A stretch of DNA of 56,737 bases, the filler included, from Dugesia japonica (lineage: Eukaryota): the NCBI GenBank assembly GCA_001938525.1. It is 5 parts of 5 records of this genome, joined end to end, with 100 filler letters (N's around TTAATTAATTAA, not from the genome) between each part and the next. Parts side by side here need not be neighbours in the genome. Positions count along the whole stretch, not along the records: positions 19,630 to 27,990 come from MQRL01624476.1; positions 28,091 to 40,023 come from MQRL01643544.1; 3 more parts are not named here. One strand, given 5' to 3'. Below the pieces are notes generated by a model. The model ran no database searches, had not been told where the DNA came from, and saw only the letters and a list, made by a program, of their open reading frames with translations. A program made the translations under genes and the position numbers. Numbering within the stretch: the stretch's first letter is position 1; each line of letters begins with the position of its first letter. This document shows positions 27,026-39,386 of this stretch, piece by piece.

Positions 27026-27220
27026 TTAGAAAGGCGTACTCTTCGCATCTAGATCTACTGGAGTCACTGAGGGGAACATCTCCGCGAAACAGCAAAGATC
27101 TGTCTCATCCGGGTGTTCAATTCTTCCCTTAGTTAATAGATGGGCAATGAACTGTCTTAATCGAGCAGTTTGACGTCGTCGTTTTATCCATTGGAGAGTA
27201 CGGCGCAATTCGGGTGTCAT
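27026..27220 (-). CDS. Family 1 ORF A, 64-aa basic protein
   Basis: ATG 3 nt after the ttattcag acceptor. GC-richer than the flanks. AATAAA downstream. Confidence 0.55.
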   Translation of the reverse strand: MTPELRRTLQWIKRRRQTARLRQFIAHLLTKGRIEHPDETDLCCFAEMFPSVTPVDLDAKSTPF

Positions 27221-27760
27221 GAACTGAATAAAGACAACAAATATTAAATGATGACTCCTACAAAAAAAATTTCATTACTATTGCCGGCTTTTATTAATAG
27301 GACGACTCGTTCCATTTCCACGATACTAGTTTACTGAATAATTTTAATTTAGACTCATTGGTCAATATTAGAATCTTAATAACATTTTTAACATTCATCA
27401 TAAAGATAGTAGGGCTAAACGTAGTATTTTTTTATCTTACCAGGGATAAACGTCACCTTGAGCATGTTAATAATAATGGTAATAATATAACGGATCATAA
27501 TTTCAACGATGACACTACCCATATGGCCAATAGTAATGTTCATAACTACCACATTGAGAATGATTTTAACAGTAATCAGGACGATGATCATACTAATGAT
27601 AGTACTGTTAAAGATAGTAAAAATAATAGTTGAATTATTTCAAGTTTACTGGTACTTAAAGTAGTATTAATACTGTTAATTTCGTCAACCATAACCATAA
27701 AATTAGCACTCCCAACCATAAGGATAATATCGGTAATATTAATAGTCTTAGTATTGATAG

Positions 27761-27940
27761 TGTTGGGGTTTCACCTGAGTTGGAAAAGGTGACTGGGGAA
27801 AAACAGTCCTCAGGGGAACCCTTTCAAGAATTTAAACCCTACCGTCCCTATGGTAGGTTTTCAGTTTATTGTGGTTGACTTTTCTCTTGATGGAAAGTTC
27901 TCACCAATAAACCTTCTGTTCGGGTTCTATATTTTCCCAA
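27761..27940 (+). other. Family 1 structured terminal module (third copy of the module)
   Basis: Homologous to 9319-9505 and to the reverse complement of 5131-5315. Begins TGTTGGGG. Confidence 0.85.
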
Positions 27941-28090
27941 TAATATTTAAACTATTTTAATTAACATTTAATATTACGAAAAGAATTTAANNNNNNNNNN
28001 NNNNNNNNNNNNNNNNNNNNNNNNNNNNNNNNNNTTAATTAATTAANNNNNNNNNNNNNNNNNNNNNNNNNNNNNNNNNNNNNNNNNNNN

Positions 28091-28640
28091 TCGTATTTAT
28101 TGGTTTTCCATTTGTGATTATATGATGTACTGCCGATATCCCAGTTGCCTGCCATGAATATTCCTTAATGAATCATTATAACTTTCTCCAAATTGTCATT
28201 TAACTTGTTATTCAATATTTTTATTGCTCTCTGTACTCTCTCATCATCCGTTGTATTGCGTCCATACTTTGCTTCTATATTACAAATATACATTTCATTA
28301 TCATCACATTTAGTCTCTCTCAGAAGTTGGAATCCAAACTTTTTCTGTAATTCTATTCCTCCCATTAGATCTGGATGTATCTGTTTCACCACGCCTTTAT
28401 TCTTGAATTCCACTTCTACCTTTATCGCACCTACGATTTCGAGTGGACTATTATTGGCACATCCTAAATTATCTTCACCTTTTAAAATATTAACTTTTCT
28501 CAATCTGTNNNNNNNNNNNNNNNNNNNNNNNNNNNNNNNNNNNNNNNNNNNNNNNNNNNNNNNNNNNNNNNNNNNNNNNNNNNNNNNNNNNNNNNNNNNT
28601 TGTTCTTTCTTAAATAGGCCATTAACTTTTCTGACAGCCT
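28091..28640 (-). mobile_element. Gypsy protease/RT-linker remnant
   Basis: 'CANNSPLEIVGAIKVEV...PDLMGGIELQKKFG' (retropepsin C-terminal half), then 'WDIG' before RT. Confidence 0.65.
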
Positions 28641-29649
28641 AGTTTATTAAAAACATTTGATATTTTTTTTAATTACGAAAATGGGTGTCTTCAATAATTT
28701 TTTATAATACTTTCTATTGTATCTAAAACTTTCTATTGTATCTAAAACTTCTATTCTGATTCAAAAACAATTATTTTTATAACGAATCGATATAATTTCC
28801 TAAAAGGTTTTCATATCGTAATAATATCGTAAAGTATTTAATTGCACATTAATTACTACAAAGCGTTATTCTTTTATATTACTCTATTATTTTCGAATAA
28901 ATGATTTTTAAAGTAAGTAAAAATTGAATACATTTCTTAATTTCTAAATTTAGAATAATAAAAAGAATGAATTAAAAAAATGAATGAAAAAGGAAAAATC
29001 TTTAGTTGTTGAATAATTTTAATTTACAAATTATAACAAATGAATTTTTTATTTTGCACTTTTGATGTAGACACAGTATTTAGATTAATAGTTAATTAAA
29101 ATTTGTTATAATAGTTTGTCTATATTGTACTGATTACAGTCTTATAATAACAATTGAATTACATTTAATATTTATAATAATGAAATGATTCATTTTCTTT
29201 ATTTTTTCATATCTCACCAGTCTAGTCCTGGGAACTTGTCGACAAATATTAATTTTTCAAATCATAATTTCATATCATAAAATAATAGTAATATAATAAT
29301 AATANNNNNNNNNNNNNNNNNNNNNNNNNNNNNNNNNNNNNNNNNNNNNNNNNNNNNNNNNNNNNNNNNNNNNNNNNNNNNNNNNNNNNNNNNNNNNNNN
29401 NNNNNTAATTGACAATAATTGACCGTTTTCAATTTTTATTGGAGTTTGTTAATATCTGCAATTAATTGTAAATTAAGTAATATAGTTACTCCATATCCTA
29501 AAAACCCGATTTCTTAAAAATACTTATTACAGTAATAAAACAAAGACAATTAACAAAGTTTATCGCGAATGTGGTACACTGACAGTTAATCCTTTCTGCC
29601 TTATAATCTCCACCACTATGCGTGATTTGCTTTCAAAAAGTAAAGTCAA

Positions 29650-30670
29650 AGTTTCTGGTTTATTTGACCAAAAATTCTCTTAAAATGATCACCACAGTTT
29701 TTCAAAATTTTGAAATTTATTGCTAAGACATTGCTTTTTGAGCGAATTGAAAACGCCGAGGTTGTTAGCATTTAAATCTGAAGACTACACTGGCTGGTTA
29801 ATGATGGTGATGCAGTGAACAAGTCTATCTCTGAAGTCGTTGAAGCGTTCAACAATTATTCTTTCCAACGTGAGAGCGATCATTGTTCATTTGAATAATC
29901 ACATTCTGGTACCACTGCATTTTTTTTGCAGATTGCTGACATATTTTCATTGGTCATTAAAATTATCTGCCGTCATTAAGCAATCAACTTTGTAGATATC
30001 ACCCTTACTATGATTTTTAGAAAAATGTAGGGCTTTGACATGTTTCTGAATCATCCAAATACCGATCAATCCATTAAAGCCATTTCCCAAATCAGGCTTA
30101 GGAGTAACTAAAAGTATCATGGTTTTTGATGGATTACCTTTACTGAGTAATGTCGGTTTTCTTCGCCGACTGTTATCATGATATTGTTCCTGATAGAAAG
30201 GATACAACTCGAGACACTTTTCATCTCTATCAACATGAGCATTCCATTGATTATAACGATTTTGTCTAGCTTTTTCAATTTTTGATCATCACTTAAGGAA
30301 GGACTGGTTCTTCTGGGAGCCAAGTCTCATTCCTTCTTCTTTGATAATTATTTGAACACTAGTATGGGGAATATCAGTCTCTTCAGAAAGAGACGCAATG
30401 CTAGAGGATCGGCGCTTGCGAATAGCTTCGACAACTCGTTGTCGTCTATCAGCATATCCTTTGATATTCTTTCTTCCTAAACCACTCTTCCTATCCAGTG
30501 TACTTCTTTCCAAAAATNNNNNNNNNNNNNNNNNNNNNNNNNNNNNNNNNNNNNNNNNNNNNNNNNNNNNNNNNNNACTGTTTCATACTCAGACAGGACC
30601 AATTTTCATAAGAATCTTCTCATAGTGAATTTGCAATAATATTTTTTCATCATTTGACAGCGCCATAGTA
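29650..30670 (-). mobile_element. Tc1/mariner superfamily transposase of the plant-mariner (DD39D/Guest)-like type, decayed
   Basis: N-terminal 'RKSGLGRK', 'HVDRDEKC', 'FNGLIGIW', 'IIQMNNDRSH' and 'QPV*SSDLNANNLGVF'. About 40 residues lie between the 2nd and 3rd catalytic positions after one frameshift correction. Confidence 0.75.
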
Positions 30671-31199
30671 TCTATACCATAGAAACCAGATTTATTTATT
30701 TAACAACCCAAAATTTAATAAAAGAGTTTATAATTCTTATTTCTTTAGCTGAAATAATATTGTTTAGAGTAAGTAATATAATTAAAGTTATAAAGCTTAA
30801 ATGGGAACACATTTTCATTTTTTTACTCTAAACCAAACCAAAATTTGGCCCATTTGAATAAAATTTTAAAAAATTATTTTAAAAATTTTCATGAACAGTT
30901 GGCTACCTAAGTATTTGAGACCATAGCTGGGTAGGAAAATGGGGGCACATTAAGTGAATTTCACTGTAATTAAGTTTGATTATTAGTATAATATTAATAA
31001 TATAAATATGTATTCTGACTTGATATTTACGCAAACTTTTATAAAATTTTCTTTAATATTGATTTGAACAATTATTTATTATTTCAATTATAATTTAAAA
31101 TGAATAAACTACAATTTATTAGTAGTTAGAACACAAGATTCTTCCATAAAAATACTTTTTTTTGTCGTTCATCTTTCTTTTTTTTCATATTTCTTTTTC

Positions 31200-31324
31200 T
31201 GTAACGTCGTCGCTAGTTAGAACACAAGATTCCTCAATAAATGTTTATTTATTAAAATACAAACAATAATTACAAAACTGATAAAAATTAAACAAAGTTT
31301 ATATTTCAATTTATAACTGATATA
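31200..31324 (-). repeat. Putative 3' LTR (~125 bp)
   Basis: Similar to 35287-35412. On the minus strand it is preceded by purine-rich AAAAGAGAG. Confidence 0.65.
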
Positions 31325-34300
31325 GAACTGCTCTCTTTTAATTTTGAGTTTCAATTTTCTTCAGCCATTCCAATCTTCTAGTTTTGAGTTTCCCTGCAAA
31401 GTCAATAATCACATGGTGTGGGCTTATGAATTTAATTATTTTATATGGACCTTCATTTCTTAAACCATCTTTCTTCAGCTTATTTGGATGACCTATACTA
31501 ATACTTCCTCCCCTTCATTAAATTGTCTATACGTTCGTCTGTGAAATTCACATTTGCTTAACTTTTTAGCCTCTTCATGTAAGTTTTGTCATCTGCTATT
31601 GCTTTCATTTTTTATGATCTGAAATTTCTTGTTGTAGTAACACAAGTAAAACTATCTTTCTTCCAAAGATGATTTCGAAAGGAGATAATCCAGATGATTT
31701 CTGTTTAGTCGCATTCATAGATAATTGTATTCTTGGTAGTAATTTGTCCCAGCTTGCTTCCAAACATCCATTTTTTATCGTTGTTACCATCATATCTCTC
31801 AAAGTTCTGATGCTTCCTTCAGCTAAGCCATTTAATTGATGCTGATATGGTGATGCGAACTCTTGTTTTATCTCAAATTTATTTGCATTAATTTTGCTTC
31901 AAAAATCTTTCATTTATCAGTTAAAAATGACTTCGGTTTCCCAAAACGATATATCTACTGCTCTTTTATCGCATCAACTACTGACTTTTCATCCTGTTTA
32001 TTCAATGCTACAAAAGAAACTAACTTACATAATCTGTCAACCGTGACGAAAACATATTTTTTCTTAGTTTTTGCTTCGGGAAAATGAACAATATCCATGA
32101 CAACCTGTTCTAAAGGTACATACTTTGTTCTTAGGATCAGATACTCTTTCGTTTTACCAGTGTATGTCTTTCTCATATTGCATATCATACATTTTTTAAT
32201 TGGTGTTCTACAATCCGTTTTATATTTGGCCAAAAATAACTTAGATTTAAATATTCTGTCAGATTTTGACCTCCTGCGTGACATAATAAGTTTGGGTATC
32301 GATTGCCCTGCAAGTACTATTTTCTTTTTGTTATTTTCATTGGTAATTAACAGCTCATCACTCATCTCAAATTTTTCCATTTTTGAAAATTTTTACTTTT
32401 CGTCACCATAGCTCAGCTATCTATCACCTTTTCCTTTTTCTGTATATTCAATAATTTCTCTTGTAACAAGATCATTTCTTTGTATTTCTTTGATACGACA
32501 TTTAACAAAATCTGTTTATCTAATACATTGATTCTTTTAACCCGAGCTCGTTCTCCCTTGGCATCTTGATTTGACTTCTAAAATTGTGAACACCAGCTTT
32601 CGCCTATTCTTGAATGTCCGCCAGCATACCTTTGTGCTGCTCCTTTTCTGAATTCTAGATCGAAATTAAATTCTGCTAAATTTGTTATCCATGTTTGGAA
32701 CTGCGAACTAATAGGTTTACTCGTCTTCGTCATAAATGCCAAAGGTTCATGATCTGTTCTTGCTGTAATTTTTTTCCGTTTAAATAATGTTTGAAATACA
32801 CCATAAACTTGTGCAATGCCAACAACTCCATGCGATTTACTCAATATCCTTTTTCATGATCATTTAAAGTGCGAGAACCACAAGCTATTACTTGTTCTAA
32901 TCCATAATTTGTAACTTGGCTTAGAACTCCTCCAATGCCTCAAAACTAGCATTTGTATCTAATATCATTTCATTTTTATAATTTGGAAAAGCGAAGATAG
33001 GAGCACTACATAACTTAATCTTTAACATTTAAAAACTAATTTCACATTCCTTTGTCCATTCGATGTTTTTTTCATGGCTCGCAGTGGCTGCATATAAATG
33101 TGCTACAATGAGAGCGTAGTCTTTTATAAACCGCCTGTAATAATTGGTTAGACCAAGAAATGCCCGTATTTGTTTGGTGCATTTTGGTGTCTACGCTTTT
33201 CAAATTTTCCTGATAGTATTGTCATTTATCTCTACACCTTTAGCACTAATTGTATGATCCAAGAATCGAAATTTCTCAGAATGTGTATTCAACGCATTTA
33301 TCCGGATTTATCTTTCAATCTGTTTATTTGAATAAAGAAAAAACTTTACCAACCCGCTTATCATGCTCTTGTTGAGTTCGACCATATATCAAAAAATCAT
33401 CCAAGTATACTGGTACTCCTTTATACAACATTCCGTCGAATAATTGATGCATCAAACTTTGGAAAGTTGCTGTTGCAGTGCGATCAAAACCAAACTGCCC
33501 CATTTTCGTACTAAAAACTGTCTTCAACTTCGATTCTTCACTTAATTTAATTTGATTGTATGCTTGTCCCAAATCGAGCAACGAAAAAAAGTGATACCTC
33601 AAGCGTGTCTAAAAGTAGTTGAATATCAGTCACCTGAAAGGAGTTTTTATCTGAAATTGAATTTAATTTCTGAAAATCCAGACACATTCTTATTGCTCCG
33701 CCTTTATTCAGTACAATTACCACTGGTGAATTCAACGGACTTCTGAAACTCTTGATAATATTTGCTTTTCTAAGATTTCTCAATAACACATCACTTTTGC
33801 TTTCCAAATGCATTGGCTGTCTTCTAGGATTTAACATTATTGATCCTCTTTTTGTTTCAATGTGATGTAGCATTATTGTTGTAAATCCAAGATCAAATTT
33901 CGATGTCATAAATATCTCTACGTGTTCTTCTATCAGTTTTATAATTTCTTGATTGATATTCTTTTAAATATTCATAACCTTTTTTACTCTTTTTGAATTC
34001 TCAACTTGCTCAACAACAACATCCTTTGAATCAATAAAATCAATTTCGGTCATCTTCATTCCAAATATTCTCATCATATCAATGCCCCCAATAAATTCGG
34101 GACGAATATTTTTGACAATTACTACTTCTTTTTCTCTTCATTTCCCATACCAATGTATATGTAATTTAGTTATACCAATACATCTTTTTCCTTTCTCTGA
34201 AAATGTTTCTGATAATACAATCTGCTACTGCGATAACTCTAGTGATTTAATTCTTCTCCAAACGTCTGCACTTATTACTGACATTGATGCTCCCGAATTC

Positions 34301-35286
34301 CATAATATTTCAACGTCAAATCCATTACGCTGCATTATGCTTCATTCTCTCCGATCGTTCTTCTGAAATACCTTCTTTTTATCAAATATAATTCTTGAAT
34401 CTCTGGTTTTACAATCGGTTATTGCAGCCTCACTGATGAAGTAGTTTGCCAATCTTTTTTATATCGTCATCGTCTGTAGGGACATCATGTATATAATCTA
34501 TCGATTTCCTTGTACAGGACCAATTATCATCTTCATCTGCAACACACAAAACACACCGAAAAATCCTTTACTCGAAATGATAAACAATCACGAAAACTAT
34601 GACCTTCCTTTCCACAAATTAAGTATTTTCCTTTCAATGGCCAATTCATCCTTCTATGACTAGTTTCTCCACATGCTCCTGCCTTTATGATTTCGTTTCG
34701 CGACGTTATCTTACCTTTAGCTTTACAATATAGTTTATTTGCTAGATGTTTCAATGAATACTGCGGGAAACTATTGTACTGACCTTGTCTTTGTATCGGC
34801 TTACTTTATTTGAAATATGGATCATCTTGAGTTGGTCGGTCTCTAATATTTGTGTCCTTTTGAACACTTATCTTCAGGTGATTGTTTCCAAATTTGGATT
34901 GATATATATTCTTTTTTAATGATTCAGCATAACTCTCTTTCATCATATTTCCAGAGTATTAGGTTATCCAATTTAGTAGCCAATTCCCTTCGTTGAATAC
35001 CTGTTAACTATGGTTGGATGACAAATGATTCCTTCAACTTTTCGCTCCGTATGCCATTAGTTATAAGCAATGTAGCTATTTCATCTAATGACTTTTTACT
35101 TGAAAATACTTNNTTGAAAATACTTTATATAATAATTTCATAAAATAAATTAAAAATATCGATATTTAATTTTATGAAATATTTTATTTTACATGTTTTA
35201 AAAATAAGTTTTAATATTATAAATATAAAAATTAAAGAAAAATCTCTCAGATATTTAAATCTATGAATGATTCTTACAGTGGTCAC

Positions 35287-35412
35287 TGTAACGTGGTCTC
35301 TAGTTAGAACACAAGATTCCCCCATAAATTTTTATTTATTAAAATTCAAATAATAATTACAAAAACTGATAATATTTAAATAAAGTTTAAATATCAATTT
35401 ATAACTGATACA
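35287..35412 (-). repeat. Putative 5' LTR (~126 bp)
   Basis: TG...CA ends, similar to 31200-31324. No clear primer-binding site seen. Confidence 0.55.
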
Positions 35413-35752
35413 TAACTTTAGTTATTAAATTATTACAATACATATATTAATATCAATTTCTTTAATCCCGTCTATTTGTTGAAATTTTGTTGTTTATATC
35501 TTAATGATCTTTTGTGATATGAATTCTAATTTATGAAGTCTCTTCAATAATTGTTAAAATAAAGTTAATTAATTTATCGTAAATTGGATTATAGATTNNN
35601 NNNNNNNNNNNNNNNNNNNNNNNNNNNNNNNNNNNNNNNNNNNNNNNNNNNNNNNNNNNNNNNNNNNNNNNTTTTTTTTATAAAAATCACTAAAATTATG
35701 TAGTTATCAAATAATAACACAAATAGGACTATATTTTTAAATATAATCTAGT

Positions 35753-35890
35753 TTTCATTAAATTAAAAGCTTTGATCAAAATGTTGTTTTTTCATATTTT
35801 TTTTAATTTTTGGTAATATAACAACTAAAACACAAAGATGAAAAAATATGGAAAAAACAACATTTGAGTGAAGCTTTTAATTTAATGAAA
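35753..35890. repeat. Palindromic repeat; its right arm belongs to a dispersed family also at ~20598-20680 and ~46546-46620
   Basis: ttcattaaattaaaagctt...aagcttttaatttaatgaa. All three sites share 'gtccaaca.ttattctc.caata'. Confidence 0.65.
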
Positions 35891-36687
35891 TTTTAAATTT
35901 AAGTCCAACAATTATTCTCACAATAGTTATAATTATAATCATAAAATTATTAAACAATCAACTATGATAATAACAATCAAGATCGTATTTCAAATTATAT
36001 TAAATCAATAAAGAAGACAATAATGAAATCGATTATGAGAACACTAAGAGACGATAAAAAGACAGCAAAGATTGAGAATCAAACAAAGAAAAAACAGCCA
36101 AAGATAAAAATTCAATCAAACTGGAAAATGGATAATGCTATAAAAAATCTATAAATGTAATTAAATGAAACTTGTGTCATTTCAACAAAGTCTTCCATTT
36201 TTAATGTATTACTCTAGACTTCAAAAGAGTTGACAAACAAAATGTTACAGTCATTTCCAATGTTTTTTTTGATAATTTACTNNNNNNNNNNNNNNNNNNN
36301 NNNNNNNNNNNNNNNNNNNNNNNNNNNNNNNNNNNNNNNNNNNNNNNNNNNNNNNNNNNNNNNNNNNNNNNNNNNNNNNNNNNNNNNNNNNNNNNNNNNN
36401 NNNNNNNNNNNNNNNNNNNNNNNNNTAATAATAAGCAAAGAAAGAAAGTTGTCATAAAAAAGTAAAAAGAAAAAACAAGAATTACGCCATTAAAGATCGT
36501 TGCTTACACTTGTAAATAAAAATAACAAAAAATATGAGAAAAATAATATATAAACAAAATGGTCTATTTATAGCTGCATTACTACTAATCACATTAGTAG
36601 CATTTAGACTAACAAATTTTGTAAAAACAATGGGTAATTTAGAATCATTATCAAGAATTTAAATCAAATTTATCCCAAGATGTCGTA

Positions 36688-37584
36688 ATGGACAAAATAT
36701 AAACTATGTGTACAGATCCTAAAAATCCAGCAGGGTTCAAGGGAGTAGAAAATCTATGAAGAGTCAAAAAATTCAAAAAGTGAAACAGAAAACTGGTTAT
36801 CAAACCAGTTAGCATACAATCTGAAATCCAATGTTGAAAGGATTTCCAACAAGACCATATAAAGCATTTGATATTGACGTTTTATGGCAAATGCATTTGA
36901 TGGAAATAATACATGTTGCCAGGTTTCATTGTCCGTATGTACAAAGCACTTTTTCAATCCATCTCTCAAAGTTCGATAAAATCCTTCAATATATGCTGCT
37001 TTGTATTGTGAAAATACTGATTTCAAAAGTCAAGAGTATTATTAATCATCTCAAGATCGACCATTATTCAGTATTTTCACAATAAGAAGTAGCATATTTT
37101 GAAGGATTTAATTACCGAAATTAATTGATAGTTATAATCATTCAAGTCACAAGGGATTTAATGGATGAAATATCCGGTAATTTAATGAAATTATGGTTAT
37201 CCCAACGAAGTTGGCTATTGTGACAACAATTAAAAACAATTAAGAAATTCAAATATAAATATTATGTTAGAATTAGGTTTTCCAGAAGATATGAGCTTTC
37301 CCATTCATCAAGAATATTTATAGTAATTGGAGCGAGGAAGTCATAAAAATAACAAAACTCAATACCGAACAGAATTCAATAATCCATGTCATTAAAGATC
37401 ATGAAGATAATATTATCCAATGGAAATTCTATGAACAAGAATTACAAGTGATTTCACCACTAACAGTATTCAGAATAAGATAGATTATAATGTAAAAAGT
37501 AATTGGAAAATATAAACAATTAAACATAAATTGGCATGGGTACGAAAAACCTACTTGGATATCAGCATTTCAATTAGTTAACCA
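36688..37584 (+). mobile_element. Polinton/adintovirus-type retroviral-like integrase pseudogene with C-terminal chromodomain
   Basis: 'TDPKNPAGFKGVENL', 'WLSNQLAYNL', 'FPTRPYKAFDIDVLWQM.L', 'LIDSYNHSSH', 'NWSEEV', 'KFYEQELQ', 'KWHGYEKPTWI'. Confidence 0.85.
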
Positions 37585-38330
37585 ATGCTTAAATCGAATA
37601 ATTTCTATATACTTTTACCTTGTAATAATTGTCCACTTATTTATCTGAATAATAAGTTAGTAGTTTCATTGCTACTTTTCAAAATCCTATGTATTAGGAT
37701 GGTCAATGTGAAGTAACCTTACAGGATTTTACGTTTATATGTATAACAAATTATATAACAAATCATATATTAAAGATGTAACAGATTAAGGTTATGAGAG
37801 GAATATAGATATTATAATTGATAACAATGAAAAAAGATTGATGATTTTTGATTTTGATGCAATGATAATACAGACTTGTTAATTATATTAAAACATCATA
37901 ATTATGATATAATATTTGAAAATATAAAAGATGCAAAAAGATTTGTATTAAATACTTTAGATAATAATATTATCGAAGGAGTTTCTGTTATACCATTTTG
38001 CTCATTTAAAAACGATGAATCGATTGAAACTATAAAAATTAAATTAGGTTTTTCAATAGAAACTAATAAAGTCAAACATTTTAAAAATGAATATCTCATA
38101 TAGAATTTGGAACAATATAGTCATTTCATTACAAAAAATTGTAAATATGTATTCAATACTCTAACTATAAGAAATGATGAATCATTTCGGTTTTCGCTGT
38201 TGTAAATGTTAAACGAGTTACATTCGACAATTTCCTGGCAAAATCATTGAGATTAGTCCATACTGAATTCATCGGTATTAAATATCCAAAATTGATTACC
38301 AATCTTCATCAAATGTTTGTATATATTCGG
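37585..38330 (+). mobile_element. Polinton/adintovirus minor capsid (penton)-like pseudogene
   Basis: Starts 'MLKSNNFYILLPCNNCPLIYLNNK..F...FQNPMY.DGQCEVTLQDF', matching the 'FY.TLPSN...YP.N....F...L..P..L.G.WEVAL' N-terminus. 'MFVY' near the end. Directly follows the integrase. Confidence 0.7.
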
Positions 38331-39099
38331 AAAATTACAGTATTTTGTAATATAACTTGAAACATTTATAAATTGTTAAAAAATATAAAAATTTAGAAGA
38401 AAGTAGATTATAAATTTATCTTCCTTAATCTATTTTAGTTAAATTTTCACTTATTTTCAACTTAATGCACCATCTATCTAATAACGACAATTTCTCTATG
38501 ACGATATTTTCCATTGGTCTCATNNNNNNNNNNNNNNNNNNNNNNNNNNNNNNNNNNNNNNNNNNNNNNNNNNNNNNNNNNNNNNNNNNNNNNNNNNNNN
38601 NNNNNNNNNNNNNNNNNNNNNNNNNNNNNNNNNNNNNNNNNNNNNNNNNNACGTATTTGTTTTATAATTTATTTATTTATACATTATACTTGATTTGTGG
38701 AACCCGAGTATGTCACTCAAAATGTGTAAGTGATGATAAGTTATGATATATAACTTGATGACTCAATAGTCATAGGTTGCTTGTTATATACTGTAGACTG
38801 CATTATGAATATGAAAAGAATCATTGTGTGTTAACTAAAACTATCATTAATTTATTTTTCTGTCAAAAATGAGCTTTTAACACTTTGAAAAAAACGAATT
38901 CAAATATTAATTTATTTAAAAAAAAGTTTATAATATAAGAATCTGCTTAATTATTGAATTTACCCGAATTTAAATCAATTAAAATTATTCATGTTTTTAT
39001 AAGTATCATAGAAATTATTGTATGAGGAGACTACTTCTTATTAACTAAATCAATATTTTTTATCGATATTCTTTAGTTTATTTGTATAATTATATATAG

Positions 39100-39386
39100 A
39101 TGAATTGTGCAATACAATTAATCCATATTCAATGAATCCAGAATCAAACAGTAATAATGCAGATCTAAGATTGCAAATAAATGGTGAAGTAAAAACTAAT
39201 AACAATTTACAACATGAAGAAAACAAGAATTCTTCTCTATTAATTGATCGACAAGGAGTGAGCAATAGCATCATTTCAACGGGACAGAATGATAATAACA
39301 ATTGGTCAAATAAGGAAGATCACAAACTTCTCCAACCACAGATATTTATCCAGAATCCAGCCGAAAACAATGTAAACAATATTGAG
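39100..39386 (+). CDS. Isolated N/Q-rich coding exon of an unidentified gene
   Basis: tatatag acceptor, 95-codon open frame, GAG|gtaata donor. Confidence 0.45.

Larger units (their letters stand above)
25670..27250 (-). mobile_element. Unclassified multi-ORF element, family 1, copy 3 (ORFs A, B, C, D in series)
   Basis: Four co-oriented short ORFs: 27026-27220, 26523-26876, ~26114-26400 and ~25670-25997. B, C and D are homologous to copies 1 and 2. Confidence 0.85.
31200..35412 (-). mobile_element. Near-complete decayed Gypsy LTR retrotransposon with short LTR-like direct repeats
   Basis: Gag zinc knuckles (~34540-34680), protease-like 'LWNSGAS', RT 'YLDD', RNase H 'TDHEPL', integrase 'VTVDRLCK', 'SPFEIIFG', GPY. 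Direct repeats at 31200-31324 and 35287-35412 (TGTAAC...GATACA/GATATA). Confidence 0.9.

Noticed and set aside
27358-27633. 91-aa N/D/H-rich ORF with hydrophobic start
   Set aside because: Non-ATG start. Explained by a decayed trinucleotide tract.
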